From Eledone cirrhosa (lineage: Eukaryota): a stretch of DNA of 64,000 bases. Within the stretch, counting starts at the first letter, position 1; the number at the start of each line of letters is the position of its first letter. The stretch lies in the NCBI GenBank assembly GCA_964016885.1, contig OZ024741.1, positions 406,596,001 through 406,660,000 of the forward strand. The letters are read 5' to 3'. Under the pieces are notes generated by a model. The model saw nothing but the letters and a program-made list of their open reading frames with translations, made no database searches and had not been told where the DNA came from. Positions 1-8,200 of the stretch are shown here, piece by piece. The position numbers were made by a program, and so were the translations under genes.

Positions 1-36
1 TTTTGTGTTGAAATTCACACACGCATACATACATAC

Positions 37-150
<114 letters not shown>

Positions 151-253
151 TTCAACACAACAAAGCCATTGAAAAAGATAGATTGAGGCGACGGGCGGGT
201 TGGAATTGGAAAAAATGTCTTTTGATAAAAAATATCAGGTCCATATATATATA

Positions 254-403
254 CATTATTTCTGAAGACGGCGTATATATGAGTTGGTATGTATATTTAA
301 TTTTGATAGTTTGTATAATTTTGTATAATTTTGTACATAGATCTGTTAAATATACATGCCAATTCTAACACATATATATCCCAGAAACGATCGTTAAATA
401 ATG
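254..403 (+). ncRNA. Type I hammerhead ribozyme motif with a long stem II
   Basis: Stem I cattattt(254-261)/aaataatg(396-403); core CTGAAGA (262-268); stem II includes gagttggtatgtatatttaa(281-300)/ttaaatatacatgccaattc(346-365); GAAAC (384-388); palindromic stem III AACGATCGTT; cleavage triplet GTT (393-395). Confidence 0.72.
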
Positions 404-602
404 AACTTTTTTTGTTTAATATAAGGAACTGTTTCATTGTTTTATTCATTATTTTTTTAATATTTTATCTTGACTCTGTATTCCGTTTATCTTTCACCGA
501 AAGTGATTTTTCATTGCATCTCTTCTTTCCATGATATCCGGATTACATTGAGTTCTTCATACGGATTGGACACTACCGTAAACTCTTGGTAGATTTATCT
601 AC

Positions 603-626
603 ATATATATATATATATATATATAT
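603..626. repeat. (AT)n microsatellite
   Basis: Read directly. Confidence 0.95.
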
Positions 627-705
627 GGACCTGTTATTTTTATCGAAAGACATTTTTTTCAATTCCAACCCGCCCGTCCCCTCAATCTATCTTATTTCTC
701 ATTCT

Positions 706-743
706 TTCTTCTGATGAAGGACTAGCGTCCAAAACGTTAAGGC
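706..743 (+). ncRNA. Degenerate minimal hammerhead ribozyme motif
   Basis: CTGATGA (711-717), A, stem II ggac-tagc-gtcc (719-730), AAAAC in place of GAAAC (G>A at a CpG), palindromic AACGTT, TTA triplet; stem I is weak. Confidence 0.5.
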
Positions 744-831
744 CCACTTCCAGCTATATCAAGCGTTAACCTAATATATCCCTTTCATATACTGTACCGA
801 TTGTGTTGTTATTTCTGTTTACCTTTTACAT

Positions 832-838
<7 letters not shown>

Positions 839-906
<68 letters not shown>
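839..906. repeat. (TA)n microsatellite
   Basis: Read directly. Confidence 0.97.
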
Positions 907-911
<5 letters not shown>

Positions 912-989
912 GGATAGTCCTGGCTTCTTACTCTATTTTTTAATTCATATGTATCACATTCGCAACAACGCAGCACGCCATTTTTCATT

Positions 990-991
<2 letters not shown>

Positions 992-1051
<60 letters not shown>
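992..1051. repeat. (TA)n microsatellite
   Basis: Read directly. Confidence 0.97.
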
Positions 1052-1052
<1 letters not shown>

Positions 1053-1096
1053 CGCACTAGAGTACTCAATACTTAGGGTAGTATAGTGGGTAATAG

Positions 1097-1218
1097 GAAA
1101 ATGTATGACCCCGACGGCAGAGCTCAAGCCGTTTCGACGGTTACTTCTGGACTAAAATTTTAGTCCAGAAATAGCCGTTGAAACGGCTTGAGCTCTGCTG
1201 TCGGGGTCATACTTTTTC
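1097..1218. repeat. Spacerless palindrome with 61-bp arms, centre at 1157/1158
   Basis: gaaaatgtatgaccccgac...ctggactaaaa|ttttagtccag...gtcggggtcatactttttc; 5 mismatched pairs counted by hand. Confidence 0.95.
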
Positions 1219-1231
1219 ATATATATATATA

Positions 1232-1420
1232 TTACCCTTGTCTATATTTTTTCTAAATTACCTGCCCCTGCGTGAACTCTCTTGTTATATCCCCAAAGGG
1301 AAAGCACAATCAACCATAGGCAGCTAACTTGGTTATCCATTTTTCTCATGACAGGCTGAAGAAATTGGGGCCCAGAACCCAACGAAACTTGAGTACCTGT
1401 TTATGTCACTGTTGTAATTA
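1232..1420 (+). mobile_element. Penelope-like pLTR copy (plus strand) containing a hammerhead
   Basis: 1232-1362 is the reverse complement of 1543-1667, which lies 3' of the GIY-YIG-type fragment; continues into a complete hammerhead motif. Confidence 0.75.
1351..1400 (+). ncRNA. Minimal type I hammerhead ribozyme
   Basis: Stem I acagg(1351-1355)/cctgt(1396-1400); CTGAAGA (1356-1362); stem II ttggg/cccaa around the loop gcccagaa; CGAAAC (1383-1388); short stem III AC-ttga-GT; GTA cleavage triplet (1393-1395). Confidence 0.82.
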
Positions 1421-1476
1421 TATATACTAAACTCGTCCTATGGAGTGTTCTTACCCTTGGATATTTCCACTAAACA

Positions 1477-1479
1477 TTT

Positions 1480-1511
<32 letters not shown>

Positions 1512-1529
1512 ATACGTTTACTACAGTAT
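1477..1529. repeat. (TA)n tract flanked by a 13-bp direct repeat tttactacagtat (1477-1489, 1517-1529)
   Basis: Read directly; lies in the spacer between the inverted pLTR copies. Confidence 0.85.
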
Positions 1530-1542
1530 TACAGTATAATCC

Positions 1543-2059
1543 TCTTCAGCCTGTCATGAGAAAAATTGAAAACCAAGTTGACTGCTATGGTTGATTGTGC
1601 TTTCCCTTTGGGGATATAACAAGAGAGTTCACGCAGGTAATTTAGCAAAAAATATAGACAGGGGTAAGATCTAAGGGAGGTAACTCTTGAGAGACCATGG
1701 TCAATTCAGAATGGAAATAGAAGCACAATAATTTCTACTAGCTGACTCCAGGGATCACATTTCACTGAAATACAATATAGTCAGTAACTCCAAAGATACT
1801 TCTGGACCGGTTAGTCAGGCCTAAGCCATTTTTCCAAAATATATTTCTGTACATGTGGACAACCGCCAAAGCAATTGAGTCGTGTGTTTAGGCAGTGCTT
1901 ATCCGAAGCTAATTGTGAGAGTATCCACCATTTTTCGGAATTACAAAGCCGACAAAATTTCGACCCATTTACATAGGCGGTAGATCTTTCCAATATACGC
2001 CATTTGATGGGAAAAGGTGTGTCATTGCTCTTAAAGTCCCTTACGCGGTTTGCGAGCTG
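1543..2059 (-). mobile_element. 5'-truncated Penelope-like retroelement remnant (endonuclease C-terminus, 3' UTR and pLTR truncated inside the hammerhead)
   Basis: Protein fragment with a PLE endonuclease-like motif, followed on the same strand by sequence ending ...catgacaggCTGAAGA. Confidence 0.78.
1811..2059 (-). pseudogene. C-terminal fragment of a Penelope-like GIY-YIG endonuclease ORF
   Basis: The frame is open upstream of the listed ORF: QLANRVRDFKSNDTPFPIKWRILERSTAYVNGSKFCRLCNSEKWWIL...CLNTR...CPH. This fits the IxWxIL-Y-CxLCxxEK-LNxR-CxH pattern of PLE ORF ends. The GIY and YIG motifs and the RT are absent. Confidence 0.75.
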
Positions 2060-2061
2060 GG

Positions 2062-2245
2062 CTCCGTTAGATCTTACCCTTTTTTTAAAATAACCCCTTC
2101 TTTTCTATATTTTTTTACACATATATATATATCTACACACACACACACACACACCACACACACACATACGAGTTGTTTCCCACAACCCTAACCCTAACAA
2201 CCCAACGAAACTTAAGTACCTGATTATGTCATTGCTGAAACTAAA
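2062..2245 (+). mobile_element. Third, disrupted pLTR-like copy, inverted relative to the ORF
   Basis: 2062-2079 is the reverse complement of 1662-1679 (17/18). 2199-2237 is a direct copy of 1376-1414 (hammerhead 3' half). The middle is occupied by (TA)n, (CA)n and CCCTAA units. Confidence 0.6.
2120..2167. repeat. Compound (TA)n/(CA)n microsatellite
   Basis: Read directly. Confidence 0.9.
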
Positions 2246-5200
2246 TATATATGTGTATGTGTGTGTGTGTGGTCTGTTGGCTTGTGTGTGTGTTATGTGT
2301 GTGTGTGTGGTCTATTTGCTTGTGTGTGTGGTCTGTTGGCTTGTGTGTGTGTTATGTGTGTGTGTGGACTGTTGGCTTCTGTGTGTGGTCTGTTGGCTTG
2401 TGTGTGTGTTGTCTGTTGGCTGTGTGTGTGTTGTCTGTTGGCTGTATGTGTGTTGTCTGTTGGCTGTGTGTGTGTTGTCTGTGTGTGTGTTGTCTGTTGG
2501 CTGTGTGTGTGTTGTATGTTGGCTGTGTGTGTGTTGTCTGTTGGCTGTGTGTGTGTTGTCTGTTGGCTGTGTGTGTGTTGTCTGTTGGCTGTGTGTGTGT
2601 TGTCTGTTGGCTGTGTGTGTGTTGTCTGTTGGCTGTGTGTGTGTTGTCTGTTGGCTGTGTGTGTGTTGTCTGTTGGCTGTGTGTGTGTTGTCTGTTGGCT
2701 GTGTGTGTGTTGTCTGTTGGCTGTGTGTGTGTTGTCTGTTGGCTGTATGTGTGTTGTCTGTGTGTGTGTTGTCTGTTGGCTGTGTGTGTTGTCTGTTGGC
2801 TGTGTGTGTGTTGTCTGTTGGCTGTATGTGTGTTGTCTGTTGGCTGTGTGTGCGTTGTCTGTTGGCTGTGTGTGTTGTCTGTTGTCTGTGTGTGTGTTGT
2901 CTGTTGGCTGTATGTGTGTTGTCTGTTGGCTGTATGTGTGTTGTATGTTGGCTGTGTGTGTGTTGTCTGTTGGCTGTGTGTGTGTTGTCTGTTGGCTGTG
3001 TGTGTGTTGTCTGTTGGCTGTGTGTGTGTTGTCTGTTGGCTGTGTGTGTGTTGTCTGTTGGCTGTATGTGTGTTGTCTGTTGGCTGTGTATGTTTTGTCT
3101 GTTGGCTGTGTGTGTGTTGTCTGTTGGCTGTGTGTGTGTTGTCTGTTGGCTGTGTGTGTGTTGTCTGTTAGCTGTGTATGTGTTGTCTGTTGGCTGTGTA
3201 TGTTTTGTCTGTTGGCTGTGTGTGTGTTGTCTGTTGGCTGTGTGTGTGTTGTCTGTTGGCTGTGTGTTGTGTTGTCTGTTGGCTGTGTGTGTGTTGTCTG
3301 TTGGCTGTATGTGTGTTGTCTGTTGGCTGTGTGTGTGTTGTCTGTTGGCTGTGTGTGTGTTGTCTGTTGGCTGTGTGTATGTTGTCTGTTGGCTGTATCT
3401 GTGTTGTCTGTTGGCTGTGTGTGTGTTGTCTGTTGGCTGTATGTGTGTTGTCTGTTGGCTGTGTGTGTGTTGTCTGTTGGCTGTGTGTGTGTTGTCTGTT
3501 GGCTGTGTGTGTGTTGTCTGTTGGCTGTGTGTGTGTGTTGTCTGTTGGCTGTGTGTGTGTTGTCTGTTGGCTGTGTGTGTGTTGTCTGTTAGCTGTGTAT
3601 GTGTTGTCTGTTGGCTGTGTATGTTTTGTCTGTTGGCTGTGTGTGTGTTGTCTGTTGGCTGTGTGTGTGTTGTCTGTTGGCTGTGTGTTGTGTTGTCTGT
3701 TGGCTGTGTGTGTGTTGTCTGTTGGCTGTATGTGTGTTGTCTGTTGGCTGTGTGTGTTGTCTGTTGGCTGTGTGTGTGTTGTCTGTTGGCTGTGTGTATG
3801 TTGTCTGTTGGCTGTGTGTGTGTTGTCTGTTGGCTGTGTGTGTGTTGTCTGTTGGCTGTGTGTGTGTGTTGTCTGTTGGCTGTGTGTGTGTTGTCTGTTG
3901 GCTGTGTGTATGTTGTCTGTTGGCTGTATATGTGTTGTCTGTTGGCTGTGTGTGTGTTGTCTGTTGGCTGTGTGTGTGTTGTCTGTTGGCTGTATGTGTG
4001 TTGTCTGTTGGCTGTGTGTATGTTGTCTGTTGGCTGTATCTGTGTTGTCTGTTGGCTGTATGTGTGTTGTCCGTTGGCTGTGTGTGTGTTGTCTGTATGT
4101 GTGTTGTCTGTTGGCTGTGTGTATCTTGTCTGTTGGCTGTGTGTGTGTTGTCTGTTGGCTGTATGTGTGTTGTCTGTTGGCTGTGTGTATGTTGTCTGTT
4201 GGCTGTGTGTGTGTTGTCTGTTGGCTGTGTGTGTGTTGTCTGTTGGCTGTGTGTGTGTTGTCTGTTGGCTGTGTATGTTTTGTCTGTTGGCTGTGTGTGT
4301 GTTGTCTGTTGGCTGTGTGTGTGTTGTCTGTTGGCTGTGTGTGTGTTGTCTGTTGGCTGTGTGTGTGTTGTCTGTTGGCTGTATGTGTTGTCTGTTGGCT
4401 GTGTGTGTGTTGTCTGTTGGCTGTGTGTGTGTTGTCTGTTGGCTGTGTGTGTGTTGGCTGTGTGTGTGTTGTCTGTTGGCTGTATCTGTATTGTCTGTTG
4501 GCTGTGTGTGTGTTGTCTGTTGGCTGTGTGTGTGTTGTCTGTTGGCTGTATGTGTGTTGTCTGTTGGCTGTGTGTATGTTGTCTGTTGGCTGTGTGTGTG
4601 TTGTCTGTTGGCTGTATTTGTGTTGTCTGTTGGCTGTGTGTATGTTGTCTGTTGGCTGTGTGTGTGTTGTCTGTTGGCTGTGTGTGTGTTGTCTGTTGGC
4701 TGTGTGTGTGTTGTCTGTTGGCTGTGTATGTTTTGTCTGTTGGCTGTGTGTGTGTTGTCTGTTGGCTGTGTGTGTGTTGTCTGTTGGCTGTATGTGTTGT
4801 CTGTTGGCTGTGTGTGTGTTGTCTGCTGGCTGTGTGTGTGTTGTCTGTTGGCTGTGTGTGTGTTGGCTATATGTGTGTTGTCTGTTGGCTGTGTGTGTGT
4901 TGTCTGTTGGCTGTGTGTGTGTTGGCTGTATGTGTGTTGTCTGTTGGCTGTGTGTGTGTTGTCTGTTGGCTGTGTGTGTGTTGTCTGTTGGCTGTGTGTG
5001 TGTTGGCTATATGTGTGTTGTCTGTTGGCTGTGTGTGTGTTGTCTGTTGGCTGTATGTGTTGTCTGTTGGCTGTGTGTGTGTTGTCTGTTGGCTGTGTGT
5101 GTGTTGTCTGTTGGCTGTGTGTGTGTTGGCTATATGTGTGTTGTCTGTTGGCTGTGTGTGTGTTGTCTGTTGGCTGTATGTGTTGTCTGTTGGCTGTATG

Positions 5201-8200
5201 TGTGTTGTCTGTTGGCTGTATGTGTGTTGTCTGTTGGCTGTGTGTGTGTTGTCTGTTGGCTGTGTGTGTGTTGTCTGTTGGCTGTATGTGTGTTGTCTGT
5301 TGGCTGTATGTGTGTTGTCTGTTGGCTGTATGTGTGTTGTCTGTTGGCTGTATGTGTGTTGTCTGTTGGCTGTGTGTGTGTTGTCTGTTGGCTGTGTGTG
5401 TGTTGTCTGTTGGCTGTATGTGTGTTGTCTGTTGGCTGTGTGTGTGTTGTCTGTTGGCTGTGTGTGTGTTGTCTGTTGGCTGTGTGTGTGTTGTCTGTTG
5501 GCTGTGTGTGTGGTGTCTGTTGGCTGTGTGTGTGTTGTCTGTTGGCTGTATGTGTGTTGCCTGTTGGCTGTATGTGTGTTGTCTGTTGGCTGTGTGTGTG
5601 TTGTCTGTTGGCTGTGTGTGTGTTGTCTGTTGGCTGTATGTGTGTTGTCTGTTGGCTGTATGTGTGTTGTCTGTTGGCTGTGTGTGTTGTCTGTTGGCTA
5701 TATGTGTGTTGTCTGTTGGCTGTGTGTGTTGTCTGTTGGCTATATGTGTGTTGTCTGTTGGCTGTGTATGTGTTGTCTGTTGGCTATGTGTGCGTTGTCT
5801 GTTGGCTGTATGTGTGTTGTCTGTTGGCTGTGTGTGTGTTGTCTGTTGGCTGTATGTGTGTTGTCTGTTGGCTGTGTGTGTTGTCTGTTGGCTGTATGTG
5901 TGTTGTCTGTTGGCTGTGTGTGTGTTGTCTTTTGGCTGTGTGTGTGTTGCTGTTGGCTGTGTGTGTGTTGTCTGTTGGCTGTGTGTGTGTTGGCTATATG
6001 TGTGTTGTCTGTTGGCTGTGTGTGTGTTGTCTGTTGGCTGTGTGTGTGTTGTCTGTTGGCTGTGTGTGTGTGTTGTCTGTTGGCTGTATGTGTGATGTCT
6101 GTTGGCTATATGTGTGTTGTCTGTTGGTTGTGTGTGTTGTCTGTTGGCTGTGTGTGTTGTCTGTTGGCTGTGTGTGTGTTGTCTGTTGGCTGTATGTGTG
6201 TTGTCTGTTGGCTGTGTGTGTGTTGGCTATATGTGTGTTGTCTGTTGGTTGTGTGTGTTGTCTGTTGGCTGTGTGTGTTGTCTGTTGGCTGTATGTGTGT
6301 TGTCTGTTGGCTGTGTGTGTGTTGGCTATATGTGTGTTGTCTGTTGGCTGTGTGTGTGTTGTCTGTTGGCTGTGTGTGTGTTGTCTGTTGGCTGTGTATG
6401 TGTTGTCTGTTGGCTGTATGTGTGTTGTCTGTTGGCTGTGTGTGTGTTGTCTGTTGGCTGTATGTGTGTTGTCTGTTGGCTGTGTATGTGTTGTCTGTTG
6501 GCTGTATGTGTGTTGTCTGTTGGCTGTATGTGTGTTGTCTGTTGGCTGTATGTGTGTTGTCTGTTGGCTATATGTGTGTTGTCTGTTGGCTGTGTGTTTG
6601 TTGTCTGTTGGCTGTATGTGTGTTGTCTGTTGGCTGTGTGTGTGTTGTCTGTTGGCTGTGTGTGTGTTATATGTTGGCTGTGTGTTTGTTGTCTGTTGGC
6701 TGTGTGTGTGTTGTCTGTTGGCTGTATGTGTGTTGTCTGTTGGCTGTGTGTGTGTTGTCTGTTGGCTGTGTGTGTGTTGTCTGTTGGCTGTGTGTGTGTT
6801 GTCTGTTGGCTGTATGTGTGTTGTCTGTTGGCTGTGTGTGTGTTGTCTGATGGCTGTGTGTGTGTTATCTGTTGGCTGTATGTGTGTTGTCTGTTGGCTG
6901 AGTGTGTGTTGTCTGTTGGCTGTGTGTGTGTTGTCTGTTGGCTGTGTGTGTGTTGTCTGTTGGCTGTATGTGTGTTGTCAGTTGGCTGTGTGTGTGTTGT
7001 CTGTTGGCTGTATGTGTTGTCTGTTGGCTGTGTGTGTGTTGTCTGTTGGCTGTGTGTGTGTTGTCTGTTGGCTGTATGTGTGTTGTCTGTTGTCTGTGTG
7101 TGTGTTGTCTGTTGGCTGTGTGTGTTGTCTGTTGGCTGTATGTGTGTTGTCTGTTGGCTGTATGTGTGTTGTCTGTTGGCTGTGTGTGTTGTCTGTTGGC
7201 TGTGTGTGTTATCTGTTGGCTGTGTGTGTGTTGTCTGTTGGCTGTATGTGTGTTGTCTGTTGGCTGTGTGTGTGTTGTCTGTTGGCTGTGTGTGTGTTGT
7301 CTGTTGGCTGTGTGTGTTGTCTGTTGGCTGTGTGTGTTATCTGTTGGCTGTGTGTGTGTTGTCTGTTGGCTGTATGTGTGTTGTCTGTTGGCTGTGTATG
7401 TGTTGTCTGTTGGCTGTATGTGTGTTGTCTGTTGGCTGTATGTGTGTTGTCTGTTGGCTGTATGTGTGTTGTCTGTTGGCTATATGTGTGTTGTCTGTTG
7501 GCTGTGTGTTTGTTGTCTGTTGGCTGTATGTGTGTTGTCTGTTGGCTGTGTGTGTGTTGTCTGTTGGCTGTGTGTGTGTTATATGTTGGCTGTGTGTTTG
7601 TTGTCTGTTGGCTGTGTGTGTGTTGTCTGTTGGCTGTATGTGTGTTGTCTGTTGGCTGTGTGTGTGTTGTCTGTTGGCTGTGTGTGTGTTGTCTGTTGGC
7701 TGTGTGTGTGTTGTCTGTTGGCTGTATGTGTGTTGTCTGTTGGCTGTGTGTGTGTTGTCTGATGGCTGTGTGTGTGTTATCTGTTGGCTGTATGTGTGTT
7801 GTCTGTTGGCTGAGTGTGTGTTGTCTGTTGGCTGTGTGTGTGTTGTCTGTTGGCTGTGTGTGTGTTGTCTGTTGGCTGTATGTGTGTTGTCAGTTGGCTG
7901 TGTGTGTGTTGTCTGTTGGCTGTATGTGTTGTCTGTTGGCTGTGTGTGTGTTGTCTGTTGGCTGTGTGTGTGTTGTCTGTTGGCTGTATGTGTGTTGTCT
8001 GTTGTCTGTGTGTGTGTTGTCTGTTGGCTGTGTGTGTTGTCTGTTGGCTGTATGTGTGTTGTCTGTTGGCTGTATGTGTGTTGTCTGTTGGCTGTGTGTG
8101 TTGTCTGTTGGCTGTGTGTGTTATCTGTTGGCTGTGTGTGTGTTGTCTGTTGGCTGTATGTGTGTTGTCTGTTGGCTGTGTGTGTGTTGTCTGTTGGCTG

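Larger units (their letters stand above)
175..693. repeat. Inverted repeat pair of about 78 bp (arms 175-252 and 617-693)
   Basis: aagatagattgaggcgacgggcgggttggaattgg...caggtccatatat is the reverse complement of atatatggacctg...aattccaacccgcccgtcccctcaatctatctt with a few mismatches. Confidence 0.93.
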
